Part shown: positions 1 through 12,318 of the stretch, piece after piece | Position numbering within the stretch: position 1 is the first letter of the stretch | Layout: each line of letters starts with the position of its first letter | NCBI RefSeq assembly: GCF_006345805.1 | Contig: NC_042999.1 | Coordinates: forward strand, 157,728,001 to 157,792,000 | Source: Octopus sinensis | Taxonomy: Eukaryota | Reading direction: 5' to 3' | DNA: 64,000 nucleotides | Program-made: the position numbers and the translations under genes | The notes under the pieces: generated by a model | What the model was told of the DNA's origin: nothing | Seen by the model: the letters and a program-made list of their open reading frames with translations, nothing else | The model's database searches: none

Positions 1-135
1 ACTGGTGGCGTGGAGAGGGAAGGCTGGTATGCATGGGCGACTGCTGGTCTTTCAAAAATAACCTTGCCCGAACTTGTGCCTGGGAGGGTAACTTTCTAGG
101 TGCAATCCCATGGTCTGTGTTTTGACCGAAGGTGG
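1..135 (+). mobile_element. SINE family B 3' portion, cut by window edge
   Basis: Near-identical to 57385-57520 (actggtgg..gagagg..aggctggtatgcatgggcgactgctgg...gaccgaagg). Confidence 0.75.
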
Positions 136-153
136 TCTCAGAATATATATATA

Positions 154-290
154 GGCGCAGGAGTGGCTTTGTGGTAAGTAGTTTGCTTCCCAACCACATG
201 GTTTCGGGTTCAGTCCCACTGCGCGGCCATCTTGGACAAGTGTCTTCTACTATAGCCTCGGGCCAACCAAAGCCTTTGGTGGACGGAAAC

Positions 291-356
<66 letters not shown>

Positions 357-828
357 ATGTGTGTGTGTGTGTGAGGAGCTTATTTCCAGAACTGGGCTAA
401 GTGCATATTTGGTCGATTTCATGAAGACCATTAAAACACAATCTGCAAGCTGCTGGCTTCACTCACGTGAAATTTTTTTTCGGTCAAACTGGGATAGATG
501 CCATATAGACAGTAGACGAATTTTAGTCTTTCAATCAAAATCAGATACATTCCAGTTGTTTCCTCAATTACTCAAAAGTCATTTCGATGCATAGATCTGG
601 TTTTGAAAGTAAGCTCTTCAATGTATTTGTGTGTCTGTGTTTGTACCCCACCACCATCGCTTGACACCGATGTTGGTGTGTTTACGCCCCTCGTAACTTA
701 ACGTTTCGGCAAAAGAGACCGATAGAATAAGTACTAGGCTTACATAGAAAAAGTCCTGGGTCGATTTGTTCGACTAAAGGCGGTGCTCCAGCATGGCTGC
801 AGTGAAATGACTGAAACAAGTAAAAGAG
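154..828 (+). mobile_element. SINE family A (tRNA-like head, internal (TA)n/(TG)n, tail ending gtaaaagag), interrupted at 373-619
   Basis: Head ggcgcaggagtggc..gggttcagtcccactgcg and tail aaggcggtgctccagcatgg..tgactgaaacaagtaaaagag recur in about 15 copies in this window. Confidence 0.85.
373..619. mobile_element. Putative ~250-bp MITE (Sola-like termini) inside the SINE A microsatellite
   Basis: Left end gaggagcttatttccagaactggg; reverse complement of right end gaagagcttactttcaaaaccaga (imperfect TIR). No clean TSD. Confidence 0.45.
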
Positions 829-831
829 TGA

Positions 832-834
<3 letters not shown>

Positions 835-869
<35 letters not shown>

Positions 870-928
870 TATGTATATACATATATGTATATATATATGT
901 ATATATATATGTATATATATATGTATAT

Positions 929-973
<45 letters not shown>

Positions 974-1045
974 TATGTATAAATATATGTATATGTATGT
1001 ATATGTATATGTATGTATATATATATGTATGTATATATATATTAT

Positions 1046-1095
<50 letters not shown>
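835..1095. repeat. (TA)n/(TATG)n compound microsatellite
   Basis: Direct reading. Confidence 0.95.
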
Positions 1096-1099
<4 letters not shown>

Positions 1100-1100
<1 letters not shown>

Positions 1101-1288
1101 CTTTCAAATTTTGGCACAAGGTTAGTAATGTCGAGGGCGGGTGTTTCTCGATTGCATCAACTCAAGTGCTCAGCTGGTACTTACTTTATCGACCCCGAAG
1201 AGATGAAATGCATAGTCGACCTCGGTGGAATTTGAACCCAGAGCCGTACCAGCGGACGAAATGCTAACAACTCTACCAGCTTGCCGCC
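1100..1288 (-). mobile_element. SINE C' copy
   Basis: B-box-like gggttcaaattcc, body ttcggggtcgataaagtaagtaccag, tail ccttgtgccaaaatttgaaa on the minus strand. Confidence 0.75.
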
Positions 1289-2366
1289 GGCCAAAGGAGG
1301 GCGGCAGGGCAATCTTCACTCTGGATTCAGCTGATAGCCGGATCCGTTCTACACGTGACAGCAGGTGTTCAACATAAACCCACAAGTCACAATGCTCGGG
1401 CATTGGACTAGAGCGTGCAGAACGGTTTCGTTGCTCTCTACGCACCTCGGACAGGCTCGGCTGACGGCACTTCCGTGCCTGTAGAGTTTATCTCGAACTG
1501 GCAGCGCCTCTCGGTAACACTGCCAAATGAGTTATCCTTAGGATCCTGCCCGAAAGTCCTCAGGAACAGATTGGGGCGTTGATCCTCATCGATGCCCAGA
1601 GTTTCCTCGAGAACAGCGTCGCACTTTTTCTCTACTAACCTTCTACAGAACGCTAGAGTGGAACTACCACCGACCGCATTGCCCGCCTGGTGGAGGACTG
1701 TGAGCGCTTGACTAATCATTTATGGAACGCCATAGTGACACATCCATCGACCTCACTGCTTGATTGGCAGGGGGCAATGAGTACTTGACAGAATTTAAGT
1801 TGCCAAGCACCCTGCTTCGGTCAGCGCTTGATCCAGGACTGCAGCTCTGGCAAAGAGACGAGCTGCCGAAAAGAACGTCTAACAAACAGTGTCCACGCCT
1901 GCTCACCGCCAAGAAACGCTGGAAATGTCATTAGCCTCAGAGCATGTCTGCATATCATTAACCACGGTATGCCTATTCTTCTACCCAGTGGATTTTGACG
2001 GTAATTGGACCAGCGGAACACATCCTTTTCAAAAAAAGCGGAAAAGCAAGCATTCCATTCTAGTCAACCATGAAGTGGGAGAAGGCACGATAGCCAAGCG
2101 GTATTAGATGATGGGTACGATGTAGGCATTTGCCACCTCCACCTGATCTTTTCTATCCTCTCATTCCATCTCTATCAAACTGGTCAGTTTGCTCGTCACC
2201 ACTTCTCAATTCTTTTCCACCTGATTTTAACCAGTCCGTCCATCCGTCTGTCCAGTGCCCTACGACGCGGTTGGATGCTATGGTCTGCTTCTCCAGGTGC
2301 CGAATTGCAGGCCAACGAGTTCTCCTGGTTAAGCTTTGCTCTTGTCACTGACTCGTCCGCATATGC
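1289..2366 (-). mobile_element. Tx1/L1-like LINE ORF2 fragment (RT end to zf-RVT), frameshifted
   Basis: Minus-strand peptides AYADESVT, EVANAYIVPII, GIPWLMICRHALRL and LWVYVEHLLSRVERIRLSAES. Homologous to the copy at 5418-7315. Confidence 0.8.
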
Positions 2367-3628
2367 AAACAATAATGATAATAAGCCTGTCTGATGGTTA
2401 CAGAGTCATGGGGCCAGAGTTTATCCGAATTTTCAAGAAGTTTAATCAGAAGGTACAAGTCTTACCCCTGCCAATCGCAGGATTGAACCTTAGGTGCCAT
2501 AACTACTCCTTTTCAACTGAGTCTAGCGAAGCAACGTAAAATGAAGTCCTTTGCTTTACAGACACAACCCATCGTCTGGGTCAAGAATCGAACTCACGAC
2601 ATATGATGATGAGGCTAACTCAATCTATTACGTCACTAATTTTCACTATATAAAAGTTGTAGCCGCATTAAAGTGCCTGCTTTTGACGATCGGAATGAAG
2701 ACATGGTTTGGCATAGCCAAAAGCCTGCTCCTCTATTCTGTGGCACTCAGTGATCAGCAAAAGTATAAAGACATTTATTGATTTGCTTCTTTGAAATACA
2801 ACCCATTTCTGAAAGTGTGAATAGGTACACCACCGACTGATATTTATTTTATTGATCTTATCGTATTTATTTAATTGATTACAGAAATGATCGATAGGAG
2901 ACAAAATCGACCCAACCGGGAAATACATATAAGCTATCGAAATAGAGTCTAGGAAGGATATTTTCCGCCTTTTTATGTCGTTCTTTTTGATTTACTCTTT
3001 CACTTTAATAATGATTTCTTACATGGCTACCTTTATAGATAGAGGAAATATAGAAATAGAAAATGCTGCGTATGTATATGTGTGTGCATGTGTGTGTGTG
3101 TGTGTGAGAGAGAGAGAGTTGAAGGTTTTAATCTCAATCTTTATTCAGTTGATCAATCTAAATTCAATTGGTCGATAAATAACCGCTACGTTCTTGTACA
3201 TCAGTCGTAAACAACATTCATAGCAAAGCAGGAGCCTCTACCTTAGAAATAGTAGTCAAATCAAACCTCCCTTATACCATAGCTTACTGTCTACAATAAA
3301 GGATACAACAAAGTCCTAAAATGCAAAAACAAGAGAGGGATTGTCACGGTTAGAATATCATTGATCAGTCCACTCCATCAACGCTGATCTTTGGATAAAC
3401 AACAAAGAACGCAATCCATCTCGAAACTAATCGTAATAATCATACATATGTGAGTTGTGCAATGTAAATATCGATTTCTTATACTAGCATCGGGTTTCTT
3501 TTGGGTTATAATCGATTGAGTCGCCATTAATAAATGCCAGAAGCTTATTTTATGAGTCAAAGTTGGCCTCAGCTGAACGTGCACTCAAAGCACAGAGACG
3601 AAAGTAACGTATGTTATTCTTTAATATT

Positions 3629-4420
3629 GCTTTCGAATTTTAGCACAAGGCCAGCAAGTTCAGTAGTGGGGGTGGGGGGCTAATTCGATTACATCGACTC
3701 CAGTGCTCAGCTGATAGGTATTCTATCGACCCCGAAAGGATGAAAGGAACAGGCGACCTCGACGGAATTTGAACTCATAATGTACAGCGGACAAAATGCC
3801 GCTAAACATTTTGCTCAGCATGCGAACGATTCTTATTTCTTTATTGCCCACAAGGAGCTACACACAGAGGGAACAAACAAGGACAGACAAGAGGATGAAG
3901 TCGATTACATCGACCCCAGTGCGTAACTGGTACTTAATTTATCGACCCCGAAAGGATGAAATGCAAAGTCGATCTTGGCGGAATTTGAACTCAGAACGTA
4001 GCGGCAGACGAAATACCTATTTCTTTACTACCCACAAGGGGCTAAACACAGAGAGAACAAACAAGGACAGACAGACGGATTAAATCGATTACATCGACAC
4101 CAGTGTGTAACTGGTACTTATTTAATCGATCCCGAAAGGATGAAAGGCAAAGTCGACCTCGGCGGAATTTGAACTCAGAACGTAACGGCAGACGAAATAC
4201 CTATTTCTTTACTACCCACAAGGGGCTAAGCACAGAGAGGAGGAACGGATTAAGTCGATTATATTGACCCCAGTGCGTAACTGGTATTTATTTAATCGAC
4301 CCCGGGAGGATGAAGGGCAAAGTCGACCACGACGGAATTTGAACTCAGAACGTAAAGGTAGATGAAATACCGCTAAGCATTTCGCCCGGCGCGCTAACGA
4401 TTCTGCCTGCTCGCTGCCTT
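3629..4420 (-). mobile_element. SINE C trimer plus terminal C' unit, flanked by a 19-bp TSD
   Basis: Three ~180-bp units; junctions at 4017/4018, 4201/4202 and 3833/3834. tatgtta(t/g)tcttta(a/g)tatt at 3610-3628 and 4420-4438. Confidence 0.85.
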
Positions 4421-4972
4421 ATGTTAGTCTTTAGTATTATTCAACCGACATGGTACAAGAGAAATGTAAACGACCGAATTTGTGGAATTTGAACCCAGAA
4501 CATAAAGGACCGCGAGTAAATACCACAAAGCATGTTATACTACAGATTAACGGTTCAGTCAATCCAATCTCTTCCGCAACAGAAATTTTAAGAAAACATG
4601 TGACGATCTTATACAAAGAACAGACTGTTATCATTAACACTTTGAAAGTTGTAGCCCTATATTTCTATCTCTCTCCAAGTTGTACTTTATCATCTTGAAC
4701 ATTAATGTATCCTTCTATTCGTTATTTCTCAGACTTATATCATACATATTCAGTAGGAACCTCATTAAGTATTCTGGACCTTTATGCGTTCAGGAACCCC
4801 CCCCCCCCCCCAAAAAAAAAACATCGTTAAATTTATTGGATACGAATATACTTTTTGGTCGGCGATAAGCTTAAAACGTTGCTTCTTTTTTTTATACTAT
4901 AATAATCTATTTAGTTTTAGTGGTCCCGAGATGTTCTGAGGGGAGGCTGTTAGTCGGTGCCATCAATCCCAG

Positions 4973-4987
4973 CAATAATAATAATGA

Positions 4988-5059
<72 letters not shown>

Positions 5060-5068
5060 CAATAATAA
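4973..5068. repeat. (AAT)n microsatellite, expanded C' tail
   Basis: Direct reading; continuous with the C' tail aatcctttctattataggcacaagg. Confidence 0.9.
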
Positions 5069-5417
5069 TCCTTTCTATTATAGGCACAAGGCCTGAAATT
5101 TTGGGGTAAGTGACTAGTCGATAACATCGACCACAGTGTTTCACTGGTACTTAATTTATCAAGCCCGAAACCATGAAAGGCAAAGTTGACCTCGGCGGAA
5201 TTTGAACTCAGAAAGTAAAGACAGACGAAATACCTATTTCTTTACTACCCACAAGGGGCCAAACATAGAGAGGACAAACAAGGACAGACAAACGGATTAA
5301 GTCGATTATATCGACCCCAGTGCGTAACTGGTACTTATTTAATCGACCTCGAAAGGATGAAAGGCAAAGTCGACCTCGGCGGAATTTGAACTCAGAACGT
5401 AGCGACAGACGAAATGC
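5069..5417 (-). mobile_element. Headless SINE C unit joined to a C' body and tail
   Basis: Junction aaagaaata|ggtatttcgtc at 5234/5235. Confidence 0.85.
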
Positions 5418-7315
5418 TTTAGCAAACAGACAGAGAAAAATTGCCCTCCCTTCCCGGCCAAAATGAGGCGAGGCGATCTTCACAATAGACTCAAACGATG
5501 ACCGGACCCGTCATACACGTTAAACTGTTCGACAAAGCTCAAACAAGTCAGCAATGCGTGGACACTATACGAGAGCGTGCAGAACGGTCAGTTAGCATGG
5601 GCCTACCTCTCCTGGTTCCGAGCTGCGGGCCCACTGACTTTTCCTGGTTGTTCATTGCTCCTGTCACCGCTTCGTTAGTTAGTTAGTTAGTTAGTTAATT
5701 TGGCTCAAAAGCAAATAGCAAGGCCATGTAGAGGGACATGGAGTTAAGTACAGGGTGGTGTTCATGTAAAGAGTTCAGGCCACTTGAGGTCAAGGGAGGC
5801 TTTGAACAAAGCGGTCGTCGGCATCTTCACCATCTCGTTTGGCAGCTTGTTCCACGGATCCGCAACCCGGACGGAGAAAGCTCCTCTCCTTCGATTGAGA
5901 TGAAATCGTCGCAGGTATTCCCATATTTCCGAGACGCCCGACACTATCACGGTGACGTCGTCCGCATACGTTGACACAAACCTTCCACATCCCAGTTCAC
6001 GCGTGATGCCCCTCGAAACCTCCAGCTTCCGCTGTAATGACTCGAGTGCCAGTACGTAGAGAAGGGGTGAGATGGGCATATTTGACAGACCGAAAGTGCG
6101 ATACTAAACGATTCCGAGAGGTGGCCACCGAACAGATGTCGCTGTACATTGCAGCGATCAAGCCTCTGAAAACAGGACCGAGACCAGCCGCCTTGAAGAC
6201 AGTCTCCAAATACAGATGGTCGACCCTATAAAAATCTTTCAATTGATTCAGATGTTTCAGGGCCTCACCCATGCCATGTTCTTTACTAATTCTCTCTATG
6301 ATGTATCGCGTGAGGTGAAGGTTGTTGTGTATAGTTCTGCTGGGGGATAGCACAAGTCTGCGCATCCCCCACCAGTCTGTCAACGACAAGCGCCAACCTC
6401 TTCACTAACACCTCGGCCAAAATTTTGTAATCTGTATTCATCAGAGTTACCGACCTAAAGTTATCAGCAATGTCTCTCTTGTTCGGATCCTTTCTCAGTA
6501 TCGTCACCACAACTCGGCTCACAGATCCGGGTATTCTCCCATTCTGCTGCCAGTTCCAGTAGATGTCTCTCAAAAGCTCACCAAACAAGTCTGGTAAATG
6601 CATATAAAGGTCGAAGGGTAGACCATCTAATCCCGGATACCTCTCCCTCGTGCAATTAGCCAATGCGTTACGTATATCTTCAGCTGTTATCTTCATTTCG
6701 CAGAACTCCATGCCCCTAGCCGAAAGTCGTCGCATACCATCGTGGTAGGAAGTGAAGTTCACCTCTGCCTTCGGGCCACCACGCGCCCCTTACAGTTCAG
6801 CAAAGTGCCGCAGAAATTCCGCACAAATCTGCTTCGACTCGTAATGCATGCGCCCGTCCCGATCCCTCAAAGACCGAATCGTAGTTTTATTATCACGTTG
6901 CACCTCGGTCACCAGGCCCATCGAACAGCTTTCGTTGCCACCTGATTTAGAGAATGCGCCTTAGCTCTGACAATGCAGCCTTCATGCTTAAAGAATTAGT
7001 TCAGAACCAATCTCATTGCTATCACGTCGGTCGCTATGCTTCTACTGAGTGCCTCTTCTAATTTCCTAACAAGGTCACCCACTACACTAGTCTTTTCTAT
7101 TGCCAGTTCTCTGCTAAATTCCATAGCTTCTACTCTAATCGCCCGTTTTAGGGACCCTTACCATCGGTTGTTGACGACTGCACTCGTCAACTTGCGATGG
7201 ACTAACTTGCTAAGCCTGTCTCTGAAAGGACGCGTTCAGCTTCCAGTATCCAGGCCCCTGCCTATGGAGACTATCTAGGTCAACCGTACAGAACACAAAT
7301 TTGTGGTCTGTGTAG
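5418..7315 (-). mobile_element. Tx1/L1-like LINE ORF2 (EN C-terminus, RT, zf-RVT), with internal deletion and CR1 insertion
   Basis: Peptides TDHKFV (EN SDH-like), PGLDGLP, RSVTLMNTDYKILA, QTCAIP, PISPLLYVLALE, YADDVTV and EAVTGA..EKSVG. Frameshifts and stops present. Confidence 0.9.
5674..5917 (-). mobile_element. CR1-like LINE 3' end with (TAAC)n tail, inserted in the Tx1-like element
   Basis: YLRRFHLNRRRGAFSVRVADPWNKLP..KWPELFT*; same family as 47564-48138. The Tx1 frame resumes at EAVTG after the tail. Confidence 0.9.
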
Positions 7316-7321
7316 TTGAAT

Positions 7322-7660
7322 TCAAATTGTGTACAACCTATACCGCCATATGTCTTTCAATACTTTTTCCACCTGGTCTCGTTTAGCATTTTCGAGTTCC
7401 CTGGTCTTTGTGTTAAAGCACCTGTAGATAATTGTCCTTTTGGCTGTTTCTTCAAGCTCGTCGCTTGGAGGCACCAATTCTGTCCTCCTTCCGATCATTT
7501 TCATATATTTTGCTGCCTTGTTTTGCTGCCAATGAGATGTTAACCAATTCCTTAGCTGCCGCAATATTTGCAAAAGTCTCTTTCCCGCCGCTAACTCCAT
7601 TTTTATTAGATTCTTCGCAATAGTTGCTTTCGATGTTTTATTCATGCTACTACAATTTCC
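7322..7660 (-). mobile_element. Probable LINE ORF2 linker remnant (RTE-like?)
   Basis: 107-aa basic, helical ORF (..DELEETAKRTIIYRCFNTKTREL..) resembling EN-RT linkers. No diagnostic motif. Confidence 0.3.
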
Positions 7661-7677
7661 ATGAAGTGAGGAAGACT

Positions 7678-7850
7678 TCCTTCCTTCCTTCCTTCCTTCC
7701 TTCTTTTTGCTTTTAATCTTTCTTCTTTTCTTGACGCTTCTTCTTCTTCTTCTTCTTCTTCTTCTTCTTCTTCTTCTTCTTCTTCTTCTTCTTCTTCTTC
7801 TTCTTCTTCTTCTTCTTCTTCTTCTTCTTCTTCTTCTTCTTCTTCATCAT
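7678..7850. repeat. (CTT)n / (CCTT)n polypyrimidine microsatellite
   Basis: Direct reading. Confidence 0.95.
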
Positions 7851-8209
7851 TCTTTCATTCTTTCTTTTCTTCCTGCTGTCTACTGCCAATCATGGCGGGG
7901 TGGACGGGGAAGTCCTCGTGCAAATTGCCGTACCACCTTCCTTCCTCACTTTCGCTTTTCATCGTCATCTTCAATGTTTACCTTCTTCGAAGAAATTTGA
8001 AAACAAAAAGGTTTCTATCATCCGCAAAATGGGGCTTTGGTTAACAAAGGTATCCCCTCCTTCCCCAGAAGGGCAGCTGGCTTGCAAAACAATTTCAACA
8101 ATAAAAAACAAAATACAGTATAGAACCTTTTAAACAAGTGAATTAGTCATAAACTTACAGCGATCCAAAAATACACCTCCAGCTATAGCGATAGTAATAA
8201 TGGTTTCAA

Positions 8210-8418
8210 ATTTTGCCACAAGGGCAGCTATTTTGGAGGAGAGGACTAGCTGATTACATCGACCCCTAGTATTTCATTGATGCTTAATTTATCGACTTCG
8301 AAAGGACGAAAGGCTAAGTTAATCTCAGTGGAATTTGAACTCAGAACATGAAGACAAACGACGTACCGCAAAGCATTTCGCTCGGCGTGCTAACGATTCT
8401 GCCAGCTCACCGCCTTAA
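8210..8418 (-). mobile_element. SINE C' copy
   Basis: Head aaggcggtgagctggcagaatcgttagcacgcc, B-box, C' tail. Confidence 0.8.
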
Positions 8419-9109
8419 TAATAAGGATGATGATTAATAATAATAATAATGTTTTTCATGTCTCAATCGTGAGTATAACACCTCCAAATAAATATATTCA
8501 TGCAACAGATTTCTGGAAATGAATTAAAATCTCAAAACCTGGTAGATAACCTAGTCTCAGTTAAATAGAAAAAAAGAAAAGCTTTCACCTCATTGACCTC
8601 TTATTTGTTTCCTCTTCTAGATAGGAGACACAAAAGCAGCTCTAATTCACTGCATAAAAAAGAACGATAACATCAAAAACAAAACAGGTGGATTAAATAA
8701 GGCGGAGATTTATCTTTAATTATAACGGTATTCGTGAGGTGACAGAAAGTATATCTACAACGGAGGAAAGGTGGCAGAGAATGCCCTGAAGGCAATCAAA
8801 TTTGAATATAAGAAGTTAAAAGAAGCAGAATTGTGACAGCTGATAATAGTTGATACTTTTCCTTAGCATTGCGTTATTTCGTGAGAAGTGATGCAGTTTT
8901 AGCACATATTTATAATGTATCTACAAGGTAGAAAATACCAGTTAGTTTTAAATAAGAAAGCAGCTGAAAGGCGTGGGTTGAACAATCCCAGGGCTTTTTA
9001 CACTAAGGCTTTAACAAAAAGATTTCTCTTTTCGTTTGAAGGTTGCATGACTCGTATCCTACCAATTAGGCAGTATTGTGTACCAGACAATGTAACACCA
9101 AAGGTATGC

Positions 9110-9240
9110 CTCATCGCTATAAGCAGTATGATTATTGCATTATTGATTTGCTAGTCTGCAGTACTGAGCATACAAGCTTTTATGGTTTGGTGTAGACAAG
9201 AGTGAAACTCTCTGAAGTGGATCCTTGTCGAACCCCGCCA
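9110..9240 (-). mobile_element. Highly decayed RT remnant
   Basis: RQGSTS and TAYSDEAYL about 105 nt apart, the spacing of the QG and YADD RT motifs. Different frames. Confidence 0.3.
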
Positions 9241-9509
9241 CACATATACAAACACCTAATCTTCACTAATGAGCAGACCATACAATAATTTACGAGCAGT
9301 TAGTTAAATTAGGTTAAAATGAGGCATATTGACTTAGGAAACAAGTTACAATTGGCAGGGCGTATGTTCACATTAATTACACTTAAATCTGAATTAAGTT
9401 AATCTATTTGGGTGTATAGAGGGATCACGAGGAGATACACGTCATCACTGCAACTTTTGGGGATATCAAATGATTGGTGAAAAAAAACGTTCTTGGGCAA
9501 AAACTCATT

Positions 9510-9685
9510 AATCGCAGGTGTGGTTGTGCGGTAAAAAGTTTGCTTTCCAACCACAAGTTTCAGGTTCAGTCCTAGAGCATGACACCTTAGGCAAGTGTCT
9601 TCAACTCTAGATCCGGGCCGACCAAGGCCTTGTGAGTGGATTTGGTTGACAGAAGCTGAAAGAAACCCAGTGTATATATATATGT

Positions 9686-9763
<78 letters not shown>

Positions 9764-9777
9764 TATATTTATGTATA

Positions 9778-9848
<71 letters not shown>

Positions 9849-10056
9849 GTGTGTGTGTGCGCTTGTCCCAAGCATCGCCTGAAACCCTGTGTTGCTTTGC
9901 TTACGTCCCCTTAATTATAGCTGTTCGGCAAAAAAGAGACTGATTGAATAACTATAAGCTTAAAAAAAAGTATTCGCGTCTATTTGTTCGATGAAACCCA
10001 TCAAAGCTGTGCCCCAGCATGGCCACAATCCAGTGACTGAAGCAAGTAAAAGATAA
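9510..10056 (+). mobile_element. SINE family A
   Basis: Head, ~190-nt (TA)n core, tail. Confidence 0.8.
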
Positions 10057-10114
10057 ACGAAGCTAAATATTCCGGTGACAAATAGAATGCAAGAAGTTCT
10101 GTACTGACGGCCGC

Positions 10115-10270
10115 CGCCACTACCACCACCAACAACAACAACACCAGCACCAGCACCAGCACCAGCACCACCACCACCAACACCACCAACACCAGCACCA
10201 CCAGCACCACCAGCACCAACACCACCAACACCAGCACCACCAGCACCACCACCACTACCACCACTACCAT
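10115..10270. repeat. (CAC/CAG/CAA)n compound trinucleotide repeat
   Basis: Direct reading. Confidence 0.9.
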
Positions 10271-10684
10271 TATCTGCAGTGCGGAAATTATATCATTTCC
10301 TCGTCAACTTTTAATCAACAACTCAACGAGACAACCTCGACATGGTCGCCCCACTACTACAAAATAGTGACTAAATTTTCTTTAGATCACACCTTAGGTA
10401 AAAAAAAAAAAAAAGAAAAAAAGAAATTGCATATTAAGAAAACGGGATCCCTGATGCACTCTGCCTGAAAATAAGATTGCATGATTATAATTGGAATGCT
10501 CTTGATCATATAATTGTTTCCGATTAAAACAAGTTAGACGACAACAGTGATAAGTCTCTCGCAGAAATTTACATTGACATTGCTACTTAAACATAACAGT
10601 AGGAGTTACGAAGTATACGGATATATAATTTAATGTAGAAAGGAACTTCAATTAAGATTTAAGTGTAATTAAAGTGGACATACT

Positions 10685-10895
10685 TCTGCGAGCTGGCAGA
10701 GTCGTTAGCACCCCGGACAGAAATGTTTAGCGTAATTCCGTCCGTCTGAGTTTCATTTCCGCTGAGGTTAACTTTACGTTCATGATTTCGGGGCCGATAA
10801 AAATAAATACCAGTTTATCGCTGGGGGAGTCGATGTAATCTACTTACCCCACCTCCAAAACTGTTGGCCTTGTGCCAACATTTGAAACCAATTTA
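10685..10895 (+). mobile_element. SINE C' copy
   Basis: gagctggcagagtcgttagca head; C' tail ccttgtgccaacatttgaaacc. Confidence 0.7.
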
Positions 10896-11132
10896 GGGTT
10901 TCAACAAAGGCACACTTTGGAGAGTGTCACTGTTGCCTGTTCCAAGCCATGGAAGGATTGGGGCCCAGAACTTCAGACTAGCAAAATTCATACCAGTCAT
11001 AAAATAATCCTACCGTTTATATTGAGGAAGTGGTACCATTTCGTGATACTTTCATATTTAGTTATTCTGGTTAGTTCTACCTGCAGATCTGTGGGCACAG
11101 ATGCAACTATTTGAAGGTGTTGCGAGGTTTAA

Positions 11133-11353
11133 CCCTTTAGTGTTTGCATTATTCTACCAAAATTAATGTTTTTTCATCCACATTGTTTTGAATTAATCAT
11201 GCATTATCTTGTAGCTATGAGAATTTGATGAGGTAGCTGTTAATTTTTAAAATGATATTGTAGGGTTGGTGTGAGAGACCAGATCTGGCCATTTTGAACA
11301 TAAAACAAGCAGAATACTTTTGACCGGATATGGCCGGTTTAAATGCTAAAGGG
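11133..11353. mobile_element. piggyBac-type MITE (TTAA TSD, CCC...GGG termini)
   Basis: ttaa|ccctttag ... ctaaaggg|ttaa. Homologous copy at 26181-26400. Confidence 0.75.
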
Positions 11354-11935
11354 TTAAAACTGAAAACGCAATAATTCAGTAACGAGAAATAAACTATGAA
11401 ATCAGGTGATATCCGCGCAATTGTCGGCCATTGGTATTTTAGCAGCGATCACTCAATCGTTGCTGAGTTAACACAGTATTAATTTTAAACCCCGCTAGAA
11501 AACTCTGGCTATAACCCACATTTCCAGCTTCTCCAGATATATAAATTGATTTTCGATGCCCGGTGCATCGATTAAATTCGAAATTCAGCGTTTAATCAGT
11601 GTTTTCAGTTGTCGATAACATTTGCTATGGAGAAGGCCATGATTAAGATAAAAATATTAAACCCCAAATAAACAGAGCGTTTATTGGATCAAATTTAGAT
11701 TGGCTGCTACATTAAGCTGTTTTTGTTGGCGCAATATCAGCCACATTCAAACTGTCATTTGAGAGATGGCTAGTCGATCCAACGAGATTAGAAGCAACCA
11801 GCTGTGCACGTCTCCATCACTCCGCTTCTTTTTTTACTTAGTTCAACTGTTGTTGTTTAACCCTGTTTAAGTAGACACATGTTGAAAGAGTTCCATGACG
11901 TGACCAACCCATTATCTTCAGGTGTAATATATGTA

Positions 11936-12318
11936 TGGAGGCGCAATGGCCCAGTGGTTAGGGCAGCGGACTCGCGGTCATAGGATCGCGGTTTCGATTC
12001 CCAGACCGGGCGTTGTGAGTGTTTATTGAGCGAAAACACCTAAAGCTCCACGAGGCTCCGGCAGGGGATGGTGGTGATCCCTGCTGTACTCTTTCACCAC
12101 AACTTTCTCTCACTCTTACTTCCTGTTTCTGTTGTACCTGTATTGCAAAGGGCCGGCCTTGTCACTCTCTGTGTCACGCTGAATATCCCCGAGAACTACG
12201 TTAAGGGTACACGTGTCTGTCGAGTGCTCAGCCACTTACACGTTAATTTCACGAGCAGGCTGTTCCGTTGATTCGGATCAACCGGAACCTTCGTCGTCGT
12301 AACCGACGGAGTGCTTCC
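11936..12318 (+). mobile_element. SINE family D (tRNA-like head)
   Basis: tggaggcgcaatggcccagtggttagggcagcggactcgcgg..ggtttcgattcccagacc; near-identical copies at 34970 and 48451. Confidence 0.9.

Noticed and set aside
3834-4420. Regularly repeated units resembling a CRISPR array or satellite
   Set aside because: The units are ~180-bp SINE bodies with no unique spacers, in eukaryotic context with no cas genes.
11936-12010. tRNA-like sequences (A and B boxes) at the heads of families A, C, D, F and G
   Set aside because: No closing acceptor stem; they continue into SINE bodies, so they are SINE heads and not tRNA genes.
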